Below the pieces are notes generated by a model. That model did not search any database. It had not been told where the DNA came from and saw nothing but the letters and a program-made list of their open reading frames with translations. A program made the translations under genes and the position numbers. From contig JBAYWG010000001.1 in the NCBI GenBank assembly GCA_041674225.1, forward strand, positions 169,401 through 233,400: a stretch of 64,000 nucleotides of DNA, written 5' to 3'. This document shows, piece by piece, positions 26,786-36,859 of the stretch. The first letter of the stretch is position 1; the number at the start of each line of letters is the position of its first letter. The DNA comes from Minisyncoccota bacterium. Its GTDB lineage: Bacteria; Patescibacteriota; Minisyncoccia; Phycocordibacterales; JAACPR01.

Positions 26786-27656
26786 TTTGTTTTGCTGATT
26801 CTATAAATCCATCAATATCTCCTCCTAAAACTTTTTCAATATCTCGTACTTCGTAATCTGTTCTGTGATCTTTTACCATTTGATATGGATGTAATACATA
26901 AGAACGAATTTGATTACCCCACTTGGCATCAGTTGTTTTTGAAATCTGCATACCGCGTTCTTTTTCTAATCGTTCTTGTTCTCTAAGATTATACACTTTT
27001 CCTCGGATGAGTTCCAATGCTTTTTCCTTGTTTTGTAATTGGCTTCTCTCTGTATCGATAAAAGCCGATAATTTACTAGGTTTATGCACCACTCGCACTG
27101 CTGTTTCTCTTTTATTTACGTTTTGTCCTCCTGGACCACTAGATTTTGTGAAATCAATTTCAAGTTCGTCTTCTGGAATTTCATAGTCTGTAACTTTTTC
27201 TAATTTAGGAATTACCTCCACCATTATAAAAGAAGTGTGTCTTTGCGATGCTGAATTAAAAGGTGAAATTCGTACGAGCCGATGAACACCGGATTCAAAT
27301 TTCAAATTGCCGTAAACATTTTTTCCATCTATTTCATAAGTGATATTTCTGTATCCGCCGACTGTGTTTTTATTTTCATGGAGCACGTGTATCAACCAAT
27401 TTTTTGATTGAGAGTAAGACACATACATTTCTGCAATCATTCTCGCAAAATCTTCTGCATCATCTCCGCCCGCTCCCGCGAAAATTGTTAAGTGAGCTCC
27501 ACCTCTGTCGTATTTTCCAAAACCTTGCAACTCGTCTTTTAATTCTTGAAGTTCACGAATCATTTGTTGTGCTTTGTCTTTATCAGACCAAAAATCTCCT
27601 TGCGTCATCGCAGTCTCAATTTCTTTTATTCGTACTTCGACGTCGGCTTTTTGCAT
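26772..27656 (-). CDS. prfB: Peptide chain release factor 2 (short form, no programmed frameshift seen)
   Basis: SPF tripeptide (RISPFNSASQRHTSF) and GGQ (SSGPGGQNVNK). No CUU-UGA frameshift site upstream: the upstream gene ends 9 nt before this ATG. Confidence 0.85.
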   Translation of the reverse strand: MQKADVEVRIKEIETAMTQGDFWSDKDKAQQMIRELQELKDELQGFGKYDRGGAHLTIFAGAGGDDAEDFARMIAEMYVSYSQSKNWLIHVLHENKNTVGGYRNITYEIDGKNVYGNLKFESGVHRLVRISPFNSASQRHTSFIMVEVIPKLEKVTDYEIPEDELEIDFTKSSGPGGQNVNKRETAVRVVHKPSKLSAFIDTERSQLQNKEKALELIRGKVYNLREQERLEKERGMQISKTTDAKWGNQIRSYVLHPYQMVKDHRTDYEVRDIEKVLGGDIDGFIESAKQNDLL

Positions 27657-27665
27657 TGTAAAAAA

Positions 27666-28340
27666 CTACTGATTAGAATTTAATCTAGACCTTATTTCAG
27701 ATAATTCTTTTTCTTTATCAAGATCTGATTGATTTAATTCTTCTAAATCTTTTTTATATTCCTCAATATTAGCTTCGTCAGAATCTGAAAGTTTGTCTCC
27801 ATACTTTTCAGGAGCACTTGCAACTTCAAGTTGTTTTTCAAGTGATTCTCTCGGACCCCAATCTATTTGTGGTTTTGAAAAATGCAGGGGTTGAATAAAA
27901 GCAAGATTTTCATTTTCATCTTTAATAAAAACAGTTGCATAACCTACCTTTTCATACCCCAAAGTTTCAGCTACATTTGTATGAGCATTTTCATGAGCTA
28001 AATATTTTCCAACCCAATCTCGATACTTGCCAAATCTGTCTCCTAATTGATCTAGCATTTCTTTAAATTCTACAATTGTGTCAGCAATGGCACTGGAAGC
28101 AAATATCTCTTTCTCTATACTATCTTCATCATCAATTTCAGGACTTTCCCTATAACCTTTTTTCAAAAAATTTTCTTTTAAATTCTGTAATTGTAATTCC
28201 AACTCAGAGAATCTTTCTTCAGAAATAGGATTATTAATAGCTCTATCCAATCTTCCAGAAATCTCCTCCTTCATCTCCTGAATAATTCTCTCGTTTGAAT
28301 TAATAGGTGGTGGTGATTCCTGCGACTTAGAAAAATTCAT
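27666..28340 (-). CDS. Hypothetical acidic, coiled-coil-rich protein
   Basis: Start moved to the internal Met (MNFSKSQ, ATG at 28340) because the longer ORF runs into tRNA-Thr. Confidence 0.5.
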   Translation of the reverse strand: MNFSKSQESPPPINSNERIIQEMKEEISGRLDRAINNPISEERFSELELQLQNLKENFLKKGYRESPEIDDEDSIEKEIFASSAIADTIVEFKEMLDQLGDRFGKYRDWVGKYLAHENAHTNVAETLGYEKVGYATVFIKDENENLAFIQPLHFSKPQIDWGPRESLEKQLEVASAPEKYGDKLSDSDEANIEEYKKDLEELNQSDLDKEKELSEIRSRLNSNQ

Positions 28341-28363
28341 GTGTGCATTATAACAAAATATTG

Positions 28364-28435
28364 AGCCGTTATCGAGGATTGAACTCGAGGCCTCCCCATT
28401 ACCAATGGAGTGCTCTACCACTGAGCTATAACGGC
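28364..28435 (-). tRNA. tRNA-Thr (anticodon GGU)
   Basis: Hand-folded: acceptor GCCGUUA/UAACGGC, D-arm GCUC-AGUGGUA-GAGC, anticodon arm CUCCA-UUGGUAA-UGGGG, T-arm UCGAG-UUCAAUC-CUCGA. Confidence 0.8.
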
Positions 28436-28519
28436 ATAGTACAGAGCATATAGTATATAAAATTTTGATAAAAGAAAATTAAAATAATAGTGTTATTTAT
28501 ATTTAAGCCTTTGTTTAGG

Positions 28520-29404
28520 CTATATGATGTCTTTCAGAGCTTCTTCGATATTTTTATACTTAAAATCAAACCCATCAATTTCAGTCTTTATTTTCTGACT
28601 CACAGCGATCTCGTTGGCGAACCCTCCATACAACACCTTCAAAGCGAATATTGGTATAAATAAAAAGTGCGGTCTGTGTAAAATCTTTGCAAAAGTTTTT
28701 GAAAATAATTTATTCTGAATTTTTTCTGGCGCAACTGCATTAATAACACCTTGATTCAATTCTCCGACAGACGCTTTAATATAAAGTTCTGCACAATCTT
28801 CTACATGAATCCAAGGCATCCATTGTTTTCCGTTTCCAATCGGTCCACCAATTCCCCATTCATAATACGGTCTCAAAACTTTTATTAATCCGGATTTTCC
28901 TAAAATTAATCCATTTCGAATAATTGTAGTTTTTATATTGAAATTTTTCGCTTGCAAAACTTCCTTCTCCCAATCCAAACAAACGTCCGACAAAAATCCG
29001 CTACCTTTTTCTGTGTTGATTGTAATTTCTTTTTCACCTTGTTCTCCATAAAAACCAACAGCCGAAGCGGATACAAAAACTTCAGGACGAAATTCTGTAT
29101 CCTCAAACAAAGAAACTAAATTTCTTGTTCCCAAAATTCTCGAATCATAAATTAATTTCTTTTTTTCTTTATTCCATTTTCCAAAAATTGGAGTGCCAGC
29201 CAGATTGATAACTGATTTTGGATTTTTTAGCAATTCATCTTTTGGAATTGATTCCGATAAATTTGCTTTTACAAAATTTAAAGTTGAATCTCGAGGCGGG
29301 ATGATGTCTAGGATTACGACGAAATAGCCGCGCGCCTTTAGGCGCGCGGCTATTTCACTCCCTAAAAAACCAGATCCTCCTGTGATAATAATTTTTTTAG
29401 ACAT
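28520..29404 (-). CDS. NAD-dependent epimerase/dehydratase family protein of the YfcH (SDR39U1, DUF1731 C-terminus) type
   Basis: MSKKIIITGGSGFLGSEIAARLKARGYFVVILD Rossmann N-terminus. Length and C-terminal region typical of YfcH. Confidence 0.75.
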   Translation of the reverse strand: MSKKIIITGGSGFLGSEIAARLKARGYFVVILDIIPPRDSTLNFVKANLSESIPKDELLKNPKSVINLAGTPIFGKWNKEKKKLIYDSRILGTRNLVSLFEDTEFRPEVFVSASAVGFYGEQGEKEITINTEKGSGFLSDVCLDWEKEVLQAKNFNIKTTIIRNGLILGKSGLIKVLRPYYEWGIGGPIGNGKQWMPWIHVEDCAELYIKASVGELNQGVINAVAPEKIQNKLFSKTFAKILHRPHFLFIPIFALKVLYGGFANEIAVSQKIKTEIDGFDFKYKNIEEALKDII

Positions 29405-29425
29405 AAAATATTATCAGCTAAAAAA

Positions 29426-30382
29426 TTATTGTTCTCGGATGTCAGGGTTCACTAGACATCGAACAGGTCCTCCTGTCACAGAAAATTCTGTTTCTGGATT
29501 TTCACAACGAATTGTATAAGTACCTGGCTCCACGTCCATATCTACAGATGTAGTATTTTCTAATTCCAAACTTTCCAAATCCATAGGTACACTGTTTCTG
29601 TAAAGAATACATGAATCGGCACTATCAACTACCCAACTCAATCCACAAGTTCCACCTTCATTTGCAACACCAGTAGTCAAAGTTAGAGGAGAAGTAAATA
29701 CCGGTGGTGGCAATTCACAAGTGAAACTACTCTGACTACAGAATAATCCTTCAGCGCATTCATCATCCACCATACATTCTCTTATAAAAATCGAACAATA
29801 ACCTGTAGAAACATTGCTAGTGTCTGGATCGGTTATTCTCACACTTGCTGTTTTTGATTCGCCTTTTACAGCATAGTCAACAGGTCCAACATTTTGGTTA
29901 TTTTCTACACCAGTAATCGCAGTTCCTCCCCACAAATAATCAAATGGACCTTCTCCATTTGCTGCACTTGATTTCCAGTAGACATCTTCACCAACATTAA
30001 AAAATGTTTTTGGGACAGTAGCACTTAAAGAAGAATAAGCTGCACATGAAGCTTTGAACTCATCGACTTCTTGTATATGTGAACAAGACGCCATATTTGA
30101 AACCACTTCGCCAGTTCCAACAATCCTTGCTTCTACATTAACCAAATATTCTGTTGTTTCTTCAGGGTCATCATAAACAATATCGTATGCCCCACCATCA
30201 ACAGATCCGGAAGTAACTACTTCATTATCATTATTTTGAGCAAGTACGGTTGAGAAAACATTATTGGCAATTACATAAATTATTATTACAGCAACCACAA
30301 AAAATAATTGTTTAAATTCTTTACTTTCGATTTGCCATTTTTTTAATTTATTTTTTGTCATTTTTTTAAATTGTCTCATCAA
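29426..30382 (-). CDS. Membrane-anchored or secreted Cys-rich hypothetical protein
   Basis: N-terminal basic region followed by the LFFVVAVIIIYVIANNVF anchor and a Cys-rich C-terminal domain. 4-nt overlap with the upstream giant gene. Confidence 0.5.
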   Translation of the reverse strand: MMRQFKKMTKNKLKKWQIESKEFKQLFFVVAVIIIYVIANNVFSTVLAQNNDNEVVTSGSVDGGAYDIVYDDPEETTEYLVNVEARIVGTGEVVSNMASCSHIQEVDEFKASCAAYSSLSATVPKTFFNVGEDVYWKSSAANGEGPFDYLWGGTAITGVENNQNVGPVDYAVKGESKTASVRITDPDTSNVSTGYCSIFIRECMVDDECAEGLFCSQSSFTCELPPPVFTSPLTLTTGVANEGGTCGLSWVVDSADSCILYRNSVPMDLESLELENTTSVDMDVEPGTYTIRCENPETEFSVTGGPVRCLVNPDIREQ

Positions 30383-33300
30383 TTATTAGATGGGTAATAA
30401 TGCTCAGGACCATAACAAGGGTACTCCTCACCGTCGTAACTCTCACCAGGAGCGTCATAGGTACAAACACAACTTCCATCATCATAATTATATTTGGGAC
30501 CTGCAATTGAATCAAAATTGTCAGCCCAAGACACACGACATCCTCCACCATAATCACATCCATCGTATGCGCCTGTGTAAGGATTAACATAAGTAGGGTG
30601 TGTAGCCTGGGAGTTATAACTAGGATGAAGTGGGTCTCTACATCCAAAAATAACAGTTGTAGTAGGAGGATAAAATTGACACGCTTCATTCTTTCCATAA
30701 TTAGAAGATGGCCAACCTTGAGCGTTAAACTCTTCTTCACAAGCCGTACAAGGACACATCTCCAAAGAAACCGATTCTGAATCGTAAACAGTTCTAGTTA
30801 CTCCTTGATTAATACGGCTGCTACGTGTCCAACCATCAACAGTAACCGTATCTGAATCTTCAGCATCACTCAAATAACCAGATCTATTAATTGGAGCATC
30901 CCAACTATCACCATGTTTTCTTGTATCAGTTCTGATTCGACTCCCATTAAAATTTGTATTTATAAACCAAAGTTCTCCAGTGTTACAAGGATCCCTTAAA
31001 GATAAGGTTGCACCGATAACTGTGTAGCTTTTTCCATAATATAATCCTCCACACATATCTTTTTCATGTTCATAACAAGCTTGCAAGGTGGTAGCAACAT
31101 TCGTGATAGTAACTGAGGCTGGGGTTGTACATTTTGGTGTTTCAGCTGGCGGTTCAGTTGGAGGAGTATAAATTACACCACCAGAACTAGGACTTCCAGA
31201 TTCAGGCTCAACATCACCAGTCCAAACATATTCTAGTTCTTCTTGTGTATGGTCATCTGAATAGAAATTATCAATATACCAACCCACTCCTGGATTAGCC
31301 GCACAAGAAAGAGTCACAGGATACAAATTTTTTATTCCCACTCTAGATTTTAGAATTTCTCCAGCAGCAACAGGGAAATAACTGTTCCCCGGACTATATT
31401 CTGTATACCAAGCATCATTAAAGAAGTACTCTACACCAGTCTGAATCCAACCAAAACTGTTTGATGGATCTAACTTTGCAATATAATTCCCAAAATCAAC
31501 TGTTTTGAAAAAATAAGGAATATCATCAGGAGAATTACAATCCTGTGGAATCAGACCACCTAAAATACTTTCAGAAAATTGTTTTTGCACAGCACCCAAT
31601 GGAAGTCCTTCAACTCCTATACAATAAGAAGTCGCGTTGTTTGATTTTATATACGGCTCATCACTGTCTTTAAGACCGTCCTCACTGTAATCCAAATAAA
31701 AGCTCGATTGTATTTCAGAATCCAAAGCACACATCATTTGTCTATCGCTTCGACTTACATCTGTAAATTCTAAATTTTGTCTTGAATCTCCTTGTTCAAA
31801 ATCAACTCGACAATAGTCTCCCCCAAAGTCTGCTCTAGCCTCCAAACGATATGTTTGACTCAAGACTCCATTAGTTTCTACTCTTTGTGGATGATCAACA
31901 TCAAAACAAAATTCCTCCACAAATGGGCCAAAGATCCACTCGTTAACGCTAGTACTAGAGGTTGTATTCATATTCCAAGTTTTTGTTTTTGCAGGATCAA
32001 CAGTATCATTATAAAAATCAACAGTTACATCTACAGGTAAATTACCGCACGCTTTACAACTAACCTTCACATAAAATTCAACATCAGAACAACTGTTTTC
32101 ACCAGAACAAAGACCTTGATATCCTTCAGGTTCACCATCTGGAACAGACCAAATATCTATAAGATCTCCATATAGTATTGGTTTTGTTTGATTGCTATTA
32201 CCATCATTACTATCACCAGCGTCTTGGTAATATAGACATGTTCCATCGTTCACATTAGCTTGGTAGTTATAATTAGAAGCACTAGGATCAGTACAACCCC
32301 AATAAGTAATATATTCCTGGGCAGAAGCTAAATTATTTTTTGAATCAATTATAGTTCCTCCAACAAAAAGGAGTGCAATCGCAATACTTACAAGTGTAAA
32401 ATTAGTTTTCTTTTTTAAGAAAGCAAGCAATCCCACAACTACAACCAAGGCAAGCAGACTCCATAAAAGATTTCTAAGTAGATTAGATTTTGGGTATTCA
32501 AATATTTTATTTGGATCCATTGTTACAACTTGAGTATCTAAAATATTTCCATTCTCATCAGATAAAATCAATTCTATTTCATCAATCAAAGTTTTAGATT
32601 TTATTTTTTTGTCACTAAAGTCGACGTCAACGTCTGTTCCTTGAAAAGTCCCATTTAAATCAATCTCTTTTTCAACTTCTTGTATTACTTCACTTTTACT
32701 TTTAAATATTGCTTTTAGTGTAGCTTTTTTTGCCATCGGATCACCTGCCACAATTGTATTCACAATCAAACTAATAGGTTCACCTTTTCTGTACGAATTT
32801 ATATTTGTTTGAGTTTCATAAATTCTTCCAATCAATCCTCTATATAAAAGGCGAACTGATATATTTTCTGAAATTTGTTCCCCTCTAGCATTTTTAAAAG
32901 AAATAAAAGCAGTGTGTGAACCAGATAAAATATTTTCCCAAGGATCTATTTTGAACTCCAAAGCTTCACCGTCTTCTCTTATTAAATCTTCTAAGAGAAT
33001 ATTATTTTCTTCATAAACTATTTTAGCGTTATCCGATATGTGGGAAATTTTTATATCAGAATAAATATCTTCTCTAGCGATAGCATCAAACAATTCTTGA
33101 TTGGTGCTCTCTGGAAACGAAACAATATAGGATTTATCTTTTTCCAAAGTTGGACCCTCCATCAATTGATAAGAATTCTTAGTTTCCACATCCACGAGGG
33201 ACGCTTGTTTGTTAGAAATAAAAGTTCCTCTACCTGTCAGACGTAGAGGTTCTTTTGTATATGTAATTCCGTAATAAGAAAGTTCTTCATTAAAAACAGT

Positions 33301-33711
33301 TCCTCTTATAAAATAACTCCCCCCAGGGATGGTAGGCGGTAATTCATATTGAATAGTTTGTCTTCCGGATTCTCCAGGAGCCAATCTTGGAAAAGTATCA
33401 GACGTAGAAACTATATAGTCCAAATTTCTGAATAATAAACCTGTGGTTTCTAATTTTTCTCCATTATAAAATTCAAAACTATATTTCAAATTGTCGACAA
33501 AAGTTGTGGAGTTGTTTTGTACACTAAAATCTATACTTACCAATCTCTTATCAGATGAATACGCCGTGTTGTGTATTTCTACGACCAAAGGAATAGTCTC
33601 TTGTCTTACAACTTCTGAGGTTTGTGCAAAAATTTCTGCAGGAAATACAGAAGATAGAATTAAAGATAAAGATAGAATAGTAAAAAATTTACTACAAACT
33701 TTTTTAAACAT
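30379..33711 (-). CDS. Giant cell-surface protein (1110 aa) with signal peptide, a central hydrophobic segment and a Cys-rich C-terminal half containing a repeated GC[TR]DPxxxxYN...DDGSC-like motif
   Basis: MFKKVCSKFFTILSLSLILSSVFPAEIFAQT signal peptide. Motif copies: WGCTDPSASNYNYQANVNDGTC, FGCRDPLHPSYNSQ...YDGC, YNYDDGSCVC. Confidence 0.6.
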   Translation of the reverse strand: MFKKVCSKFFTILSLSLILSSVFPAEIFAQTSEVVRQETIPLVVEIHNTAYSSDKRLVSIDFSVQNNSTTFVDNLKYSFEFYNGEKLETTGLLFRNLDYIVSTSDTFPRLAPGESGRQTIQYELPPTIPGGSYFIRGTVFNEELSYYGITYTKEPLRLTGRGTFISNKQASLVDVETKNSYQLMEGPTLEKDKSYIVSFPESTNQELFDAIAREDIYSDIKISHISDNAKIVYEENNILLEDLIREDGEALEFKIDPWENILSGSHTAFISFKNARGEQISENISVRLLYRGLIGRIYETQTNINSYRKGEPISLIVNTIVAGDPMAKKATLKAIFKSKSEVIQEVEKEIDLNGTFQGTDVDVDFSDKKIKSKTLIDEIELILSDENGNILDTQVVTMDPNKIFEYPKSNLLRNLLWSLLALVVVVGLLAFLKKKTNFTLVSIAIALLFVGGTIIDSKNNLASAQEYITYWGCTDPSASNYNYQANVNDGTCLYYQDAGDSNDGNSNQTKPILYGDLIDIWSVPDGEPEGYQGLCSGENSCSDVEFYVKVSCKACGNLPVDVTVDFYNDTVDPAKTKTWNMNTTSSTSVNEWIFGPFVEEFCFDVDHPQRVETNGVLSQTYRLEARADFGGDYCRVDFEQGDSRQNLEFTDVSRSDRQMMCALDSEIQSSFYLDYSEDGLKDSDEPYIKSNNATSYCIGVEGLPLGAVQKQFSESILGGLIPQDCNSPDDIPYFFKTVDFGNYIAKLDPSNSFGWIQTGVEYFFNDAWYTEYSPGNSYFPVAAGEILKSRVGIKNLYPVTLSCAANPGVGWYIDNFYSDDHTQEELEYVWTGDVEPESGSPSSGGVIYTPPTEPPAETPKCTTPASVTITNVATTLQACYEHEKDMCGGLYYGKSYTVIGATLSLRDPCNTGELWFINTNFNGSRIRTDTRKHGDSWDAPINRSGYLSDAEDSDTVTVDGWTRSSRINQGVTRTVYDSESVSLEMCPCTACEEEFNAQGWPSSNYGKNEACQFYPPTTTVIFGCRDPLHPSYNSQATHPTYVNPYTGAYDGCDYGGGCRVSWADNFDSIAGPKYNYDDGSCVCTYDAPGESYDGEEYPCYGPEHYYPSNN

Positions 33712-33746
33712 ACAAAAATTGTATCATACAAAAAGTTCAGTTTTTT

Positions 33747-35525
33747 TTATTCGCTTTGGATATCCACAAGTGTCTTGTATGGCAAGCATTCTTTATATAG
33801 AGTCTCGTGATCTCCAATACCTGCAATCTTTCCTCCATCAAGGCAGATTATTTTATCTGCATGACGAACAGTTGAAAGTCTGTGAGCAATCACAATCACA
33901 GTTCTATTCTTAAACGCTTCTTTCATAGCATCGTGAATTGCTTTTTCATTTTCACCATCCAGAGAGCTTGTAGCTTCATCGAAAATTAAAATCTCAGGAT
34001 TTACAGAAAGAGCACGGGCGATACCCACTCTTTGTCTTTGACCTCCTGAAAGTTTTATACCTCTTTCACCCACCACTGCTTCAAAAGGTTTTTCACCAAG
34101 CCTTTCAAAAAATTGATCAATTCGTGTGATTTTTGCTAGTTCAACTAATTTCTCATCTGTCCATTTTTCTTTTTCTTCATCAGAAAGTCCAAACAAAATA
34201 TTTTCGCGCAGAGTTGTGTTTTGCAGGATTACTTCTTGTTCAACAATTCCGATATTTTTTCGGTGAGCTTCTAGTGAAAGTTTTTTCAACTCAACATCCT
34301 CAATTTTTATTTTTCCATTATCTGGATCAAATGCTCGCAGAAGGAGATTTATAATTGTAGTTTTCCCAGCACCAGAGCGACCAACAATTGCACACACTTC
34401 TCCAGAATTAATTTCAAAAGAAACATCATCGAGTGCTTTCAAAATTTTCTTTTCCTCACCTTCATCGTTGGCATGTGAGAAATTTACATTTTCAAATTTG
34501 ATTGAATACCCACCTTCTTTTGATTCTAAAATTTTTGGATTTTTTACTTCTTTAATATCATTTTCAATTTCTAGAATTTCAAAGAATTTTTCAACTCTAG
34601 GCCATAAAAATGCTAACCTTCTAAATCTTCCAAAAACATGATCAACCATTACAATTTGCCTCATTCCATAAGTAAGTAAAGTAACGAAAGCTCCCACAGT
34701 CAATGTATTCCAGTTTGTAATAGATAAAACAGAGAGAAAAATCAAAACAATTAAGTTCACGTCTCCCATTAAATTTATTGCAGCGGTTTTTACTTCATAA
34801 GGAGTCCAAGTCTTTTGATAGTGTTTTTTCAAATCTTCTAATTTGTCATTTTGTTCTCCAACAACATTTTTAGTTGCACCTCTAAAAATAATAGTTGTTA
34901 TGATTCTAATTATTTCACCATTCCATCTATCAACTTCCACTCGATGATCTCTGAATTCTCTGAATCTTTTCATGAACACCTTATTGCAGTATTGATAAAG
35001 TGAAAAATGAATCAAACTTATTCCAAAAGTTACTAACCCTATCAACGGAGAAACAAAAATCATCGCAACAAGAATAAAAAGATACCTCAAAACATTTGGA
35101 AAAATATCATAATTCATCATGAAGAAAATCTCTGAAACGGAATTCTTTCCTTGATCAAGAACACTTTGCTTAAAACCACTATCAGATCTAATATGTTGAC
35201 CAACCGACAAGTCAGACATCTTTTTTAAAGAGACTTGATTTAAAAGATTTTCGGATTGAAGCTGAATATTTTGAGTTTCATTATATCCACGAATAAAATT
35301 AATCAGAGAATTCAATAATAGTGAACCTGCTAATATAAAAATATAATTTTGTATTTCAAAAAAAGATTGACCCTGTGTGATACCATCAATAATCTTTCCG
35401 AAATAATAAGGCCAAATCAACGAAGAAATCGAGAATAAAACTATAAGTAGCAACTGTACAACAATAACCACTCTAAGTGGTTTAAAGAATTTAAATATTT
35501 TAATTAGGTTTGATGTTAGATTCAT
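33747..35525 (-). CDS. ABC transporter, fused permease/ATP-binding exporter (MsbA/MdlB-like)
   Basis: 6-TM N-domain. GRSGAGKTTIINLL Walker A, LSGGQRQRVGIARAL signature, ILIFDEATSSLD Walker B. Confidence 0.85.
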   Translation of the reverse strand: MNLTSNLIKIFKFFKPLRVVIVVQLLLIVLFSISSLIWPYYFGKIIDGITQGQSFFEIQNYIFILAGSLLLNSLINFIRGYNETQNIQLQSENLLNQVSLKKMSDLSVGQHIRSDSGFKQSVLDQGKNSVSEIFFMMNYDIFPNVLRYLFILVAMIFVSPLIGLVTFGISLIHFSLYQYCNKVFMKRFREFRDHRVEVDRWNGEIIRIITTIIFRGATKNVVGEQNDKLEDLKKHYQKTWTPYEVKTAAINLMGDVNLIVLIFLSVLSITNWNTLTVGAFVTLLTYGMRQIVMVDHVFGRFRRLAFLWPRVEKFFEILEIENDIKEVKNPKILESKEGGYSIKFENVNFSHANDEGEEKKILKALDDVSFEINSGEVCAIVGRSGAGKTTIINLLLRAFDPDNGKIKIEDVELKKLSLEAHRKNIGIVEQEVILQNTTLRENILFGLSDEEKEKWTDEKLVELAKITRIDQFFERLGEKPFEAVVGERGIKLSGGQRQRVGIARALSVNPEILIFDEATSSLDGENEKAIHDAMKEAFKNRTVIVIAHRLSTVRHADKIICLDGGKIAGIGDHETLYKECLPYKTLVDIQSE

Positions 35526-35604
35526 ATCATTGATATTAATACTAAAAAATAAAAAACACCAATTAAAGTCTTCAGGGCCTAATCTAGCTCGACCCTATTG
35601 GTCG

Positions 35605-36858
35605 CTAGGAATATATTTTAGGTATATCTTCCCAAGAAGTTGTAAACTCGCCGGAAATAAATTTAGTGTTTGGTGCCCATTTTTTATCAACACCTTCAGA
35701 CGCTAGCCTCACTGTACCCTTTCCATAAATCAAATTCAGCGAATCAATTGATTTCATCAGTTTCTCAGTATCAAAAGTTTTTTGTCCAAATAAATCTTCG
35801 CTCTGACATGAATCTATTGGAACAAAATCTCCAAGCATGACGCCCGTCTTTTTATATTCAAAACCATCTTGATACATTGATTTCAAAATTTTATTTGCAA
35901 TTTTTGTTAGTTCAATCGTGTCCGACACAGGTTTGTCTAAAACAATTGATTCCGTTTGATAATACTGGGCAGTGTTAGTAAAACGATTTGTCGAAATTGT
36001 GATACTCAAAAATTTTGTTGCACTTCCTTCTTCTCTCATTTGTTGAGCACAGTTTGAGACATGATGTGACACCGACTGAAATAAAGTTTTAAAGTCTGAT
36101 ACATTTTTCCCGAAAGAACGCGAACTAATAATCGATTTTCGAGATTCTTTTTGAGCATCCATTAAAAGGCACGACTCACCTTTTAATTCTCTAGAAATCC
36201 GCAATAAACCAATTCCAAAGTTTTTTTGAATCCACTGATCATTTTGTTTAGTTAAATCAAGTGCCGAGTTGATCCCAAATTTTGATAGCGACAAAGAAAT
36301 CCTCGAACCAATTCCCCAAATCTTTCCAACAGAAACATCTTCCAAAATTTTATTGAGATTATTATCTTTTTCGATTTGATATACGACAGTTTTGTTATCC
36401 TTTGAAATTCTATTTGCGAGTTTAGCTAAAGTTTTTGTTGGAGCTATTCCAATTGAAACTGGTATTCCTGTGTATTGTCTTATTTTTGCGTGCAACTCCT
36501 CACAAAATTTTTTAGGATCACTCACGTCAGTCAAATCAATAAAAGCCTCATCGATAGAATATACTTCCATTTCATTTGAAAATTCTTGAATAATATTCAT
36601 TACCCGGTCTGACATATCTCTATATAATTTAAAATTGGTTGAGAAGATAGCGATTTTTGACATGTCATAATTATTTTTCATTTTAAAATGAGGAATACCC
36701 ATCGGGATCCCCATGTCTTTTACTTCTTGTGAACGAGAAATCACACAACCATCATTACTCGAAAGAATTAGTGTGGGCTTATTTTGTATTGAAGGATTAA
36801 AAACCCTCTCACACGATACAAAGAAATTATTACAATCAACAAGCGCGTAGGTTTTCAT
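35605..36858 (-). CDS. umuC: Y-family translesion DNA polymerase, UmuC-type
   Basis: LVDCNNFFVSCERVFNPSIQNKPTLILSSNDGCVISRSQEVKDMGIPMGIP aligns closely with the UmuC N-terminus ([41 protein letters not shown]). Confidence 0.85.
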   Translation of the reverse strand: MKTYALVDCNNFFVSCERVFNPSIQNKPTLILSSNDGCVISRSQEVKDMGIPMGIPHFKMKNNYDMSKIAIFSTNFKLYRDMSDRVMNIIQEFSNEMEVYSIDEAFIDLTDVSDPKKFCEELHAKIRQYTGIPVSIGIAPTKTLAKLANRISKDNKTVVYQIEKDNNLNKILEDVSVGKIWGIGSRISLSLSKFGINSALDLTKQNDQWIQKNFGIGLLRISRELKGESCLLMDAQKESRKSIISSRSFGKNVSDFKTLFQSVSHHVSNCAQQMREEGSATKFLSITISTNRFTNTAQYYQTESIVLDKPVSDTIELTKIANKILKSMYQDGFEYKKTGVMLGDFVPIDSCQSEDLFGQKTFDTEKLMKSIDSLNLIYGKGTVRLASEGVDKKWAPNTKFISGEFTTSWEDIPKIYS

Positions 36859-36859
36859 T

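Noticed and set aside
26772-27760. Programmed +1 frameshift site for prfB
   Set aside because: Inspected the 100 nt upstream. It is occupied by the 3' end of the preceding gene, and no CTTTGAC element is present.
27666-28421. Long version of the acidic hypothetical protein extending into tRNA-Thr
   Set aside because: The 5' extension overlaps the hand-folded tRNA-Thr (28364..28435). The internal Met at 28340 gives a clean gene.
30366-30740. 124-aa ORF on the minus strand overlapping the 3' end of the 1110-aa gene in another frame
   Set aside because: Alternative-frame ORF inside a long, well-supported gene. Hydrophobic translation caused by the AT-rich frame. No independent start or RBS evidence.
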